DNA from: an uncultured bacterium
GTDB taxonomy: Bacteria; Patescibacteriota; Saccharimonadia; UBA4664; SCTI01
Direction of reading: 5' to 3'
NCBI GenBank assembly: GCA_963721685.1
Contig: CAVRJJ010000005.1
Coordinates: forward strand, 231,943 to 295,942
Length of the DNA: 64,000 nt
The position numbers were made by a program, and so were the translations under genes. Numbering within the stretch: position 1 is the first letter of the stretch; each line of letters begins with the position of its first letter. The notes under the pieces are model-generated. The model was given only the letters and a program-made list of their open reading frames with translations, was not told the DNA's origin and did no database searches. Positions 29,699-39,315 of the stretch are shown piece by piece.

Positions 29699-30619
29699 AT
29701 GAAAGACACATTCATTAACAGAATTATTTGGCCCAGCCCGGGCCGTTACGTGTTTGCGCTGTCTGGCGGCGTTGATTCGGCGGCGTTGCTTGACCTAATG
29801 GCTACTCATCCTGATGCTAGCAAGAGGCAATTAGAGGTAGTCCATTTTGACCATGGCTGGAGCGCGGAAAGTAAAAAGTACACCGAGACGGCTAGGCAAG
29901 CTGCCAATAGGTATGGTTTGCCATTTCATAGTACCCGCCGGCCGGTGAAGCGGGCGGAAGCCGAAGCCCGCCAGGCGCGGTACGGTTATTTGCGCGAAAT
30001 CCAGGAGCAGACCGGGGCGAGGGCTATTATCACCGCCCAGCATCAGGATGATTTGGTTGAAACGTTGATTATGAATGTAGAGCGGGGGACAGGACGCTAC
30101 GGGTTGTCCCCATTCGTGAGCGCTAAAGATATTCTTCGGCCTTTAGCCCGGGTGCGAAAGGCCGAGCTGCTTAAATATGCAAACGAGCGGGGACTGGAAT
30201 GGATTGAAGACCCCTCCAACCAGGATCCGGCGTTTCGGCGCAATGTGGTAAGGCGCGAGCTTATTCCCGCCTTGAAGAAAATTGAACCGGACTTTCAGGC
30301 TAAAATGATTGCAATTATTGATGAAGCAACTGGACTGAACCAGCGGATTAACAAGGGGCTTCAAGCTTACTTTGACTTTACCGACGGTAAGGCCACCGCG
30401 GACTTAAACCGGCTGCGTCGATTGCCGTTTACTACGCTTACCGAAGTGCTGGTGGCAATGGCCCGCGCTGTTCAGCCTGGTGTTGAGCTGGACAGTGTGG
30501 CAGTGGAGCAGCTAGCTCTCGATTGCAAAACGCTGCGGTTGGGTCAAGCTCGCCAGCTAACTTCTCGCTTGTCGGTCAGCTGCTCCCGTGCTAGAGTGAT
30601 TACTGTGTTTACCCCTTAG
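29699..30619 (+). CDS. tilS: tRNA(Ile)-lysidine synthetase
   Basis: ALSGGVDS, HFDHG, ARQARY, HQDDLVET, RPL, EDPSN, RRNVVR; start 29699, 7 nt after TATTAT. Confidence 0.92.
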   Translation: MKDTFINRIIWPSPGRYVFALSGGVDSAALLDLMATHPDASKRQLEVVHFDHGWSAESKKYTETARQAANRYGLPFHSTRRPVKRAEAEARQARYGYLREIQEQTGARAIITAQHQDDLVETLIMNVERGTGRYGLSPFVSAKDILRPLARVRKAELLKYANERGLEWIEDPSNQDPAFRRNVVRRELIPALKKIEPDFQAKMIAIIDEATGLNQRINKGLQAYFDFTDGKATADLNRLRRLPFTTLTEVLVAMARAVQPGVELDSVAVEQLALDCKTLRLGQARQLTSRLSVSCSRARVITVFTP

Positions 30620-30681
30620 GGAAGCCACATTCTGCTTATGGTTACAAGTTTTTCCGACAGCACAAGAAAGGTACAAGTTAC

Positions 30682-32565
30682 ATGAAGACCCGCTCCCGCA
30701 ATTTTTTTATTTTAATTGGTATTTTAGTATTGCTTGCCATTACGGCGGTAGTTTCAATGCCGCAGAAAAAAACCGAACCGGTTTCTTTATCTAAAATTAT
30801 TGATGAAGCTCGATCCGGCAACATTGAAAAAATTGAAGTTTCCGGCGACAAGTTAACCGCTACCCAAAAGAAAAAAGACGCGCCCCTCCTGACCGCCACC
30901 AAAGAATCAACCGCCACCCTAAAGGATTACGGAATTGATTATGGCAAGGTGAAGATTGAGCCTAAAAGCGGCGAAAGTACCACCCGTTACATTTTAGCCG
31001 GGCTGTTTAGTATTTTGCCGTTTATATTAATTGGGGCGTTCCTGTTCTTCATGATGCGCCAAGCCCAAGGCTCAAGCAACCAGGCTATGAGCTTTGGCAA
31101 AAGTCGGGCCCGGTTGTTTGGCAGCGATAAAAAGAAAGTTCTGTTTAAGGACGTGGCGGGATCGGAAGAAGCCAAGCAAGAACTCAGCGAAGTTGTGGAA
31201 TTCTTAAAATATCCGACCAAATTTGAAGCCCTGGGCGCCAAAATTCCCAAAGGTGTGCTTCTCTTTGGCCCTCCGGGAACCGGCAAAACTTTGCTGGCCA
31301 GGGCGGTAGCGGGAGAGGCGGAAGTTCCATTTTTTAGCATTTCCGGTTCAGAGTTCGTAGAGATGTTCGTGGGTGTTGGCGCTTCCCGGGTACGCGACTT
31401 GTTTGCTAAGGCCAAAAAGAACGCCCCCTGTATTATTTTTGTTGATGAAATCGACGCCGTCGGACGCCAGCGCGGCACGGGAATGGGTGGCGGCCATGAT
31501 GAGCGTGAGCAGACCCTTAACCAAATTTTGGTTGAGATGGATGGTTTTGAGCAAGGTACTAATGTAATCGTTATGGCCGCGACCAACCGGCCGGACGTGC
31601 TTGACCCCGCGCTGCTTCGGCCGGGCCGCTTTGACCGCCGCGTTACACTTGACGCCCCCGATGTCCACAACCGTAAAGCGATCTTGGACGTACATGCTGT
31701 TGGCAAGCCGCTTGACCCGGCTACTAACCTTATGCAAATCGCTAAGAAAACCCCTGGCTTTTCCGGAGCCGACCTAGCCAACCTTTTAAATGAAGCGGCA
31801 ATCTTAACAGCGCGAAACAACCGTAAAAAAATTACCCAGCATGATTTGGATATGTCGGTTGAAAAAGTCCTGCTTGGGCCAGAACGTCGCAGCCACATTA
31901 TGAACGGCAGGGAAAAAGAGATTACCGCCTACCACGAAGCCGGCCACGCGATTGTTGGCCATTTCATGGAGAATGCCCACCCGGTACATAAAATCACGAT
32001 TGTCCCCCGGGGAAATGCCGGCGGTTTTACTTGGAGCCTCCCGGTTGAAGACCGTCATCTTTCCAGCGTGCAGGATTTTAAAGATGATATGGCCATGATG
32101 CTGGGCGGACGCTTGGCTGAGCGGATTGTTTATAACGAAATTACTACCGGCGCCTCCAATGACCTCCAAAACGCTACCAACTTGGCACGTAAAATGATTA
32201 TGGATTATGGGATGAGCGTAAAACTTCCTAACCTTGTGTTTGGCCGGCAAAGCGACGCCATATTCATGGGCCGCGACCTTGGAGAAGGCAAAAACTACTC
32301 CGACGATATTGCCAAGGTAATTGATGATGAGGTCGCGGCGCTGATTGATGAGGCGGCTGAACGGGCTAAAACAACAATCTTGAAGTACCGCAAAGAATTG
32401 AACGCGGTAGCTGACTTTCTGGTAAAAGAAGAAACCATGGAAGAAGATGATTTCTTGAAAATCGTGGGCGGCCCAAACAAGAAAAAGAAATACCAGGCAC
32501 CGGCCCTTGATATTGGCGGCGACACGGGCACCCCTAAACCCGCCGGAAAACTGGCCGAAGCCTAA
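30682..32565 (+). CDS. ftsH: ATP-dependent zinc metalloprotease FtsH
   Basis: [27 protein letters not shown]. Confidence 0.97.
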   Translation: MKTRSRNFFILIGILVLLAITAVVSMPQKKTEPVSLSKIIDEARSGNIEKIEVSGDKLTATQKKKDAPLLTATKESTATLKDYGIDYGKVKIEPKSGESTTRYILAGLFSILPFILIGAFLFFMMRQAQGSSNQAMSFGKSRARLFGSDKKKVLFKDVAGSEEAKQELSEVVEFLKYPTKFEALGAKIPKGVLLFGPPGTGKTLLARAVAGEAEVPFFSISGSEFVEMFVGVGASRVRDLFAKAKKNAPCIIFVDEIDAVGRQRGTGMGGGHDEREQTLNQILVEMDGFEQGTNVIVMAATNRPDVLDPALLRPGRFDRRVTLDAPDVHNRKAILDVHAVGKPLDPATNLMQIAKKTPGFSGADLANLLNEAAILTARNNRKKITQHDLDMSVEKVLLGPERRSHIMNGREKEITAYHEAGHAIVGHFMENAHPVHKITIVPRGNAGGFTWSLPVEDRHLSSVQDFKDDMAMMLGGRLAERIVYNEITTGASNDLQNATNLARKMIMDYGMSVKLPNLVFGRQSDAIFMGRDLGEGKNYSDDIAKVIDDEVAALIDEAAERAKTTILKYRKELNAVADFLVKEETMEEDDFLKIVGGPNKKKKYQAPALDIGGDTGTPKPAGKLAEA

Positions 32566-32624
32566 GCATTGAAAGGATGGCTTTCGCTGTCCAAAACGCT
32601 TTAGCGCGACTATAATTACCAGCA

Positions 32625-34202
32625 GTGAATTCTCTTGTTTCTCGTTTAAATACCCGTAATACGGTAAATATGGCCGCTTTGGTAATTGGCCTGTCATTTA
32701 TGGCCAGCCGCCTGCTGGGCTTATTGCGCGACCGGCTGCTGGTGGCGCAGTTTGGGGTAGGTCCGGAAACGGACGCCTATACCGCGGCCTTCCGTTTGCC
32801 GGAGCTGCTATTTACCTTGCTGGTGTCAGGGGCATTCGCGGTAGCCTTTATCCCGGTATTTGCCGAGCATTTAAGCAAAAACGACCGCAAATCTGCCTGG
32901 GAAATGTCCTCGGTGCTGCTAAATTTTCTGCTTATTTTCACCGCTGTGGCAGGAGTGATTGCCTTTATTTTTGCCGGACCCTTAACCAGCCTGCTCGCCC
33001 CGGGCTTTAATGAGTACCAACACAACCTCACCGTTTACTTAACGCGCATCATGCTTATAACGCCAATGCTGTTCGCGGTCTCAAGCTTGCTGGGCAGTGT
33101 AGCCCAGTCGTTTGGCCGGTTTATTATTTTTGCGTTGGCTAGCGTATTTTATAACTTAGGCATTATTTTCGGCATTGTCTTCTTAAGTCCAACCGAGTCA
33201 ATTTACGGCGTTGCTTATGGAGTGGTAATTGGGGCGTTCTTACAGGCAGTGCTGCAAATTGGCGGGTTGGCTGGCCTCGGATACCGCTATCATTGGTCGC
33301 TAAAGTTTCGGCGTAATGATGTCCAGCGGGTAGTGAAGCTAATGGTTCCCCGGTCGCTTGACCAGGGGATCGACCAAATCCATTACATAGTGGAAACCAT
33401 TATCGCTTCACGGCTGCAGGTAGGAAGTTTGGCAATCTACTATTTTGCCAACAACCTGAAAAATGTTCCTTTGGTATTAATCGGAAATTCGGTTGCCACG
33501 GCGGCTTTTCCTACCATGGCGGCCCGGGCAGCTAAGGGAGCGTACGAAACGCTTATTAAAGAGTTTGTATTAAACGCCCGGCTCATTTTGTTTTTAGTAA
33601 TACCGGCAGCAATTGTCACCGTGATCATGCGTGGCTATATTGTCCGGTTGCTCTATGGTTTTGGTGATCCCACTACCGCCAACACGCTGGGCTGGTTTGC
33701 CGGGGCAATTGTTTTTCAAGCCTTATTTTTCCTGGTTGCACGCATGTTTTACGCGCTGCAGGATAGCAAAACCCCACTTTATGTTAGCTTGTCGGCCATC
33801 GCCATAAATGTTCCGCTGAGCTTTGGGCTTTCGCATGAGTTTGGGGTGGTTGGGCTCGCCATGGCTCAGTCGGTCCTAGCCGTAATTGAAGTGGTGGTAC
33901 TCACTGTTCTGCTTCAGCGGCGAATGAAGCAAATTGGCTTGCATTCCATTTGGGCAGGGTTGTGGCGGATGCTTCTTTCAGGAGCAATAATGGCAGGAAC
34001 TACTTACATTTTGGTAGCCCGGGTCGCTCCGCTTTACTTAGCAGATACCGGCTTCTTTGTTGTTGCACCTAAGTTCTTTGGCATACTTGCGTTATCACTC
34101 GCGGCCTACTTCATCCCGTGCTACTTGCTGGATCTGCACGAAGCCCGCAAAGTTTACGGCAGGTTAAAAGAGCAAATCCTTAAACCGCTGAATTTAACAT
34201 GA
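32625..34202 (+). CDS. murJ: Lipid II flippase MurJ
   Basis: SRLLGLLRD, AFRLP, AFIPVF, RMFYALQD; multi-TM. Confidence 0.92.
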   Translation: MNSLVSRLNTRNTVNMAALVIGLSFMASRLLGLLRDRLLVAQFGVGPETDAYTAAFRLPELLFTLLVSGAFAVAFIPVFAEHLSKNDRKSAWEMSSVLLNFLLIFTAVAGVIAFIFAGPLTSLLAPGFNEYQHNLTVYLTRIMLITPMLFAVSSLLGSVAQSFGRFIIFALASVFYNLGIIFGIVFLSPTESIYGVAYGVVIGAFLQAVLQIGGLAGLGYRYHWSLKFRRNDVQRVVKLMVPRSLDQGIDQIHYIVETIIASRLQVGSLAIYYFANNLKNVPLVLIGNSVATAAFPTMAARAAKGAYETLIKEFVLNARLILFLVIPAAIVTVIMRGYIVRLLYGFGDPTTANTLGWFAGAIVFQALFFLVARMFYALQDSKTPLYVSLSAIAINVPLSFGLSHEFGVVGLAMAQSVLAVIEVVVLTVLLQRRMKQIGLHSIWAGLWRMLLSGAIMAGTTYILVARVAPLYLADTGFFVVAPKFFGILALSLAAYFIPCYLLDLHEARKVYGRLKEQILKPLNLT

Positions 34203-36070
34203 ACCAGTCCCACATACGAAATTTTTGTATTATCGCCCACATCGACCATGGCAAATCGACCCTGGCCGACCGTATGCTTGAGCTAACGGGCACGGTGGCG
34301 GGGCGGGACATGCAGGCGCAGCTGCTCGATAGTATGGACTTGGAGCGGGAGAAGGGGATTACGATTAAGCTGCAACCGGTACAAATGGCGTGGACGCCCG
34401 GGTCGATGCGCTCATCGAACGAGCGAGGACTGTTTGAGCCGAAGGCGAGTTCCGCAGCCGGAGAGGATGCGCGCGACCCAGGCACCTACCAGCTAAACCT
34501 GATTGATACTCCCGGCCACGTTGATTTCAGTTATGAGGTTAGCCGTAGCTTAGCCGCCTGCGAAGGGGCAATCCTCGTGGTTGACGCGGCTCAGGGAATC
34601 CAGGCCCAAACCTTGGCCAATGTGTATTTAGCAATTGAGGCCGGCCTGGAGATTATTCCAGTGCTGAACAAAATTGATTTACCGGCGGCCGAGCCGGAAC
34701 GGGTAGCCAAAGAGGTCGCTAGCTTGCTCGGCTGCAAGGTGGAAGACGTGCTAGCAATTTCGGCTAAAAACGGGACAGGTGTTATCGAATTACTGAATAA
34801 AGTAGTCGAGCTGGTGCCGCCCCCCAGCGGTGAACCGGAAAAGCCCTTGCGGGGATTGGTGTTTGACTCAGTGTACGACGAGTACCGCGGCGTAATCTTG
34901 TTTCTTCGGATTGTGGATGGGTCGTTAGAGCGGCAAGCAAGTTTAAAACTCATGTCTTCGGGACATACAGGCCTGGCGGTCGAAACCGGTATCTTTAAGC
35001 CCAAGCAAGTCGTGCAACCGGGACTGACAACCGGGCAAATCGGGTACGTGGTAACGAACTTAAAGTCAATTGCCGAGGCCAGGGTAGGTGATACGGTAAC
35101 GCTTGAGCGCGATGAGGCGGAATCGCCACTACCGGGGTACCGGGCGGTTAAGCCGTTTGTATTTGCCGGCTTTTTTACTTCAAGTGCTGAACAGTATCCA
35201 GAGCTGAAAGACGCCCTTGAAAAGCTGAAGCTCAACGATGCGGCGCTGGTATATGAGCCGGAAACCTCGCAGATCTTAGGGTTTGGTTACCGGGTGGGTT
35301 TTCTGGGGCTCTTGCATATGGAAATCATTAAAGAGCGCCTTGAGCGCGAACATGGCTTGGATATGGTTATCACCACACCCTCCACCGATTATCAAGTGCG
35401 CACCAGCGACGGCCAGGAGTTAACGGTTCGTTCAGCCGCCGAGCTTCCGGAGACCAGCCGGATTGAGCTATTGCGCGAGCCGTGGATTAAGGGGGAGGTG
35501 GTGGTACCGGGCGGTTATGTTGGCGCGGTGATCCAATTGATTAACCGGATTCGGGGGCTGCAGTCGAACATGAACTACATCGACCAAACCTTGGCGCTGA
35601 TTGCGTTTGAGGCGCCGCTGGCAAATGTGCTGACTAATTTTTATGATTCATTGAAGTCAATCACCAGCGGGTATGGATCTTTCAACTATGAGCTGGATGA
35701 TTACCGGACCGAAGACTTGGTGCGGCTGGATATTTTAGTCGGCGGCGAGCTGGTAGATAGCTTAAGCTCCATTGCCCACCGCGATGAGGCTTACGGACGC
35801 GGGAAAGCGATAGTGGAGAAACTCAAAGACGTTGTTCCCCGCCAGCTGTTTGAAGTTAGCCTTCAGGCCGCCATTGGCGGCAAGATTATTGCTCGGGAAA
35901 ACATCCGCTCAATGGGCAAGAACGTCACGGCCAAGCTGTATGGTGGAGATGTGAGCCGAAAGAATAAGCTGTTAGATAAACAGAAAAAAGGGAAGAAGCG
36001 CATGAAGAAAGTGGGGAAGGTTGAAATTCCCGCCGAAGCCTTTATGGTGCTGGTAAAGGCCGACTCATAA
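34199..36070 (+). CDS. lepA: Elongation factor 4 with an in-frame insertion in the G domain
   Basis: IRNFCIIAHIDHGKSTLADR, DTPGHVDF, GFLGLLHMEI, KLLDKQKKGK. Confidence 0.97.
   Translation: MNQSHIRNFCIIAHIDHGKSTLADRMLELTGTVAGRDMQAQLLDSMDLEREKGITIKLQPVQMAWTPGSMRSSNERGLFEPKASSAAGEDARDPGTYQLNLIDTPGHVDFSYEVSRSLAACEGAILVVDAAQGIQAQTLANVYLAIEAGLEIIPVLNKIDLPAAEPERVAKEVASLLGCKVEDVLAISAKNGTGVIELLNKVVELVPPPSGEPEKPLRGLVFDSVYDEYRGVILFLRIVDGSLERQASLKLMSSGHTGLAVETGIFKPKQVVQPGLTTGQIGYVVTNLKSIAEARVGDTVTLERDEAESPLPGYRAVKPFVFAGFFTSSAEQYPELKDALEKLKLNDAALVYEPETSQILGFGYRVGFLGLLHMEIIKERLEREHGLDMVITTPSTDYQVRTSDGQELTVRSAAELPETSRIELLREPWIKGEVVVPGGYVGAVIQLINRIRGLQSNMNYIDQTLALIAFEAPLANVLTNFYDSLKSITSGYGSFNYELDDYRTEDLVRLDILVGGELVDSLSSIAHRDEAYGRGKAIVEKLKDVVPRQLFEVSLQAAIGGKIIARENIRSMGKNVTAKLYGGDVSRKNKLLDKQKKGKKRMKKVGKVEIPAEAFMVLVKADS
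34396..34483. repeat. Palindromic element inserted in-frame in lepA
   Basis: Terminal inverted repeats GCCCGGGTCG / CGACCCAGGC (9 of 10) coincide with ~25 extra residues. Confidence 0.65.
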
Positions 36071-36088
36071 TTTGTTACAATGAAGTCT

Positions 36089-37306
36089 ATGTCTTACACC
36101 CCTACACAAAAAATTCTTGAAAACTACGCCAAAGTACTAGTTAATTTCGCTCTTAATAGCGGCCAGGGCATTAAAAATGGTGAGGTTGTCTACGTAATGG
36201 GGCACGAGGTTTCCAAGCCCTTGTACATGGAAGTTTGCAAAGCCATTTGGCGCTCCGGCGGACATGTTATTGACGGCTTTTTCCCAAATGAAGCCGGCCG
36301 CTATGGCGAACTCAATAATGTTTTTGATTTTGCCAACGACGCCCAGCTCGATTTCTTCCCTTCAAAGTATTATAAGGGCCTAACCGAGAACATGGATCAT
36401 CAGCTGATGATCTTAAGCGATTCGGATTTGCACGCGCTTGAAAATGTAGATCCCATGAAGATTTTACGCCGTCGTAAGGCCCGCCATCCGTTTATGCAAT
36501 GGCGTGACGAAAAAGAAAACGATGGAAAATTTACTTGGACGCTTGGTCTCTACGGTACACCGGCCTCCGCCACTGAAGCGCGGATGACAGAAGAGGAATA
36601 CTGGGACCAGATTATTAACGCGTGCTATTTAGACGATCCGGATCCGGTTGCGCGCTGGCGGGAAACCGAAGCTACTATTAAAGAAATTGTTGGAAAGCTC
36701 AACGCCTTGGAGATAGAAAAAGTTCATGTTGAAGGAGATGACGTTGACCTGTGGCTAACCATTGGCGAAAAGCGCGCGTGGATGGGCGGCAGCGGCCGCA
36801 ATATTCCCAGCTTCGAGGTTTTTACTAGTCCCGATTGGCGTGGTACTGAAGGCTGGATCCGTTTTAACCAGCCGCTCTATAACTACGGCAGTATGATTGA
36901 AAACATCCGGTTGGAATTTAAGGCGGGAAGGGTCGTTAAGGCCACGGCCGATACCAACGAGCCGGTGCTTAAGCAAATGATCGCCACCGAAAATGCTGAT
37001 AAAGTGGGTGAGTTTTCCATGACTGACCGACGCCTCTCTCGCATTACCAAGTTTATGGCCAACACCTTATATGACGAAAACATCGGCGGACCCTTTGGCA
37101 ATACCCATATCGCGGTAGGGAAGTCATACCAGGATTGCTACGCCGGTGATCCTTCAGGCGTGAGTAAGGATGAATGGGAACGGCTTGGCTACAATGAATC
37201 AAGCGTCCATACCGATATGATTACCACCACCGACCGTATAATTACGGCAACCTTAAAGGACGGCACGCAAAAGGTAATTTATAAGGACGGGCAGTACGAA
37301 CTGTAA
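36089..37306 (+). CDS. M29-family aminopeptidase
   Basis: NIPSFEVFTSP, GEF, LYDEN, HIAVG, NESSVHTD. Confidence 0.9.
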   Translation: MSYTPTQKILENYAKVLVNFALNSGQGIKNGEVVYVMGHEVSKPLYMEVCKAIWRSGGHVIDGFFPNEAGRYGELNNVFDFANDAQLDFFPSKYYKGLTENMDHQLMILSDSDLHALENVDPMKILRRRKARHPFMQWRDEKENDGKFTWTLGLYGTPASATEARMTEEEYWDQIINACYLDDPDPVARWRETEATIKEIVGKLNALEIEKVHVEGDDVDLWLTIGEKRAWMGGSGRNIPSFEVFTSPDWRGTEGWIRFNQPLYNYGSMIENIRLEFKAGRVVKATADTNEPVLKQMIATENADKVGEFSMTDRRLSRITKFMANTLYDENIGGPFGNTHIAVGKSYQDCYAGDPSGVSKDEWERLGYNESSVHTDMITTTDRIITATLKDGTQKVIYKDGQYEL

Positions 37307-37318
37307 GAAAGGCGGGTA

Positions 37319-37837
37319 ATGGGGGGTCGCATCAAACAGGGGATAAGGGTAATTGCTGCCATGGCATTCATTTTCGTTATGGGCTTCCTGTTTGGCTGGT
37401 ATCAACGTCCACTACCCCCGCCAACGGCTTCGGACAGCACTGCCCAGCCGGTCCCGGCTGAAAAGCCACGGCGGGCGCATTCCCAGCTATATATCGATAA
37501 TCATCTAGGTTTTCAGATGGAAGTGCCTAAAGAGTGGGTAAACCGCTATGGCCCCATCCAGAGTGGCGTATCAGTAGGATTTGCTTTTGAAAAAGCTAGC
37601 AGCCCTCCGGGAACTCCCAAAATGGATTTGGCGCAGGTATTTACCATTACCCGCTACCCGTCGGCGCAGTTTGATGAAACTGTCTGCGGGTGCAAGGAGC
37701 TAGGGCGCGGCAAAGGCGTAGTGTTTGGCTACAAGTTCGACGGCCAAACGGTGCCGTTGGCGTCTCCTTTAACCATCGCTGGCATCCAGGCGGCGCTGCA
37801 AAATGACATACCGGCCTATTTCCAACCCATCGAGTAA
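37319..37837 (+). CDS. Membrane-anchored hypothetical protein
   Basis: N-terminal TM; LGFQMEVPKEW motif. Confidence 0.6.
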   Translation: MGGRIKQGIRVIAAMAFIFVMGFLFGWYQRPLPPPTASDSTAQPVPAEKPRRAHSQLYIDNHLGFQMEVPKEWVNRYGPIQSGVSVGFAFEKASSPPGTPKMDLAQVFTITRYPSAQFDETVCGCKELGRGKGVVFGYKFDGQTVPLASPLTIAGIQAALQNDIPAYFQPIE

Positions 37838-37844
37838 TGAATGA

Positions 37845-37917
37845 TTGGCAGTCTTGACATAAGAGTGCTAATTTCTTATGATAGAGCTACTTAGCAAACC
37901 CGTAATGAGAGTGCTTA
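37845..37917 (+). promoter_or_regulatory. Two CIRCE operators interleaved with the hrcA promoter
   Basis: TTGGCAGTC-N9-GAGTGCTAA (37845-37871) and TTAGCAAAC-N9-GAGTGCTTA (37891-37917); TTGACA 37854-17 nt-TATGAT 37877. Confidence 0.88.
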
Positions 37918-38606
37918 TGACACCGCGTCAGCAGTATATTTTAAGTGAAATCATAGAAACCTATGCCCGCACCGCCGAGCCGGTGAGTTCGCATCTGCTA
38001 ACCTCTAAAATTGAGGTATCGTCCGCTACCATCCGCGCCGATATGGCCGAACTTGAACGTCTGGGTTATATTACGCAGCCACATACCTCTGCCGGCCGGA
38101 TTCCTACCGATAGTGGTTATCGGATGTATGTAAATAATGTAAAAGTGCTCCAGACTGATGGCCGGGTTAACCAGGCGCTTGCCCGGCGGGTTGCCAGCGC
38201 CGGTGAGGCCGACCGGGCAATAAGGCAGGCGGCTGAAAGTTTAGCCGATATTACCCAGAACCTGGGACTGGCCACTTTATCGGAAGGTTTGGTGTTTACC
38301 GGCTTGCGTAACTTATTTGGCCAGCCGGAATTTAGCGGCTCGAAAGCTTTTGAAGTTGCCCGTTTGCTCGATAGTTTAGATGAATGGTTGGCGGAGGCCT
38401 CTCCAAGCGGCCGGGTCAGCGTTTATATTGGCAAGGAGAACCCGATTGGCCGCTCGAGCGGCGCCACTTTGGTAATTGCCCGCTTTGCTTCGCCGCACAG
38501 CGACTCATCCTATATTGGCGTGCTGGGTTCTACCCGCCAAAACTATGCCCGGGTAATGGGGCTGGTTGATTATGCCGGACGGCATCTAGAGGAGGCGTTC
38601 GCGTGA
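37917..38606 (+). CDS. hrcA: Heat-inducible transcription repressor HrcA (short form)
   Basis: EPVSS, SSATIRADM, QPHTSAGRIPT, IGKEN; start at MTPRQ. Confidence 0.92.
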   Translation: MTPRQQYILSEIIETYARTAEPVSSHLLTSKIEVSSATIRADMAELERLGYITQPHTSAGRIPTDSGYRMYVNNVKVLQTDGRVNQALARRVASAGEADRAIRQAAESLADITQNLGLATLSEGLVFTGLRNLFGQPEFSGSKAFEVARLLDSLDEWLAEASPSGRVSVYIGKENPIGRSSGATLVIARFASPHSDSSYIGVLGSTRQNYARVMGLVDYAGRHLEEAFA

Positions 38607-39061
38607 CTAAAAAACCGACAAGCAAGGAACTGCAGGACCGCGTTGACGAGCTAACTAACGACCTGCAGCGGCTTCAAGCCGAGTTTATGAACTACAAGCG
38701 GCGCGAAGATGACGCTAAAGCTGAAATTGCCAACTTCGCGACTCAGCGGGTCGTTACCGTATTGCTGCCCCTGCTTGATAATATTGAGCGCGCCTTAGCC
38801 CACCAGCCCGAAGAACTAAAGGACAATGATTGGGCAAAAGGGGTAGGCCAGGTCAGTAAGCAAACCACGGACGTATTGAAGGTATTGGGCGTAGAAAAAA
38901 TAGCAACGGTCGGCCAGCCATTCGACCACAATTTACATGAAGCCATTAGCATGGAAGACGGCGAAGGCGATACTGAAGTGGTAGTTGAGGAAGTTCAATC
39001 GGGCTATAAAATGGGGGATCAGGTGATCCGTCACGCCATGGTGAAAGTAGGGAGGCAATGA
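38603..39061 (+). CDS. grpE: Nucleotide exchange factor GrpE
   Basis: RLQAEFMNYKRR, LDNIERAL, FDHNLHEA, GY..IRHAMVKV. Confidence 0.93.
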   Translation: MTKKPTSKELQDRVDELTNDLQRLQAEFMNYKRREDDAKAEIANFATQRVVTVLLPLLDNIERALAHQPEELKDNDWAKGVGQVSKQTTDVLKVLGVEKIATVGQPFDHNLHEAISMEDGEGDTEVVVEEVQSGYKMGDQVIRHAMVKVGRQ

Positions 39062-39315
39062 TGGGTGAAGCGCCTGATCCTGGCGCTGAATGGGGCGGCA
39101 GAGACCCCGATAAGCCTCTCGCCTTTGAGACCACTATGGATAGAGCGCATCTAACGGAATGGGCTGCCAAGAACCCAGACTTGCCAGAGGATCCAGATGC
39201 GCGAGCTGCAAAGATAAAAGAAGATGTCGATTTGGTTATGGACCTAGGTTACACCTATGAGCAGTGGATGAAAATTATGAAGAAGCCAAAACAAGATGAA
39301 GAAGGAGAACACTAA
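39058..39315 (+). CDS. Acidic hypothetical protein inside the dnaK operon
   Basis: Overlaps the grpE stop and the dnaK start; GGAGG SD. Confidence 0.55.
   Translation: MMGEAPDPGAEWGGRDPDKPLAFETTMDRAHLTEWAAKNPDLPEDPDARAAKIKEDVDLVMDLGYTYEQWMKIMKKPKQDEEGEH

Noticed and set aside
28982-30619. 545-aa ORF suggesting a TilS fusion with a long N-terminal domain
   Set aside because: The upstream part crosses GC-rich orphan genes and hairpins; TilS motifs begin after ATG 29699, which has its own -10 box
30987-32697. Long antisense ORFs over ftsH (also over lepA, dnaK, dnaJ and the DGR target)
   Set aside because: Shadow frames of conserved genes, with no independent motifs or start signals
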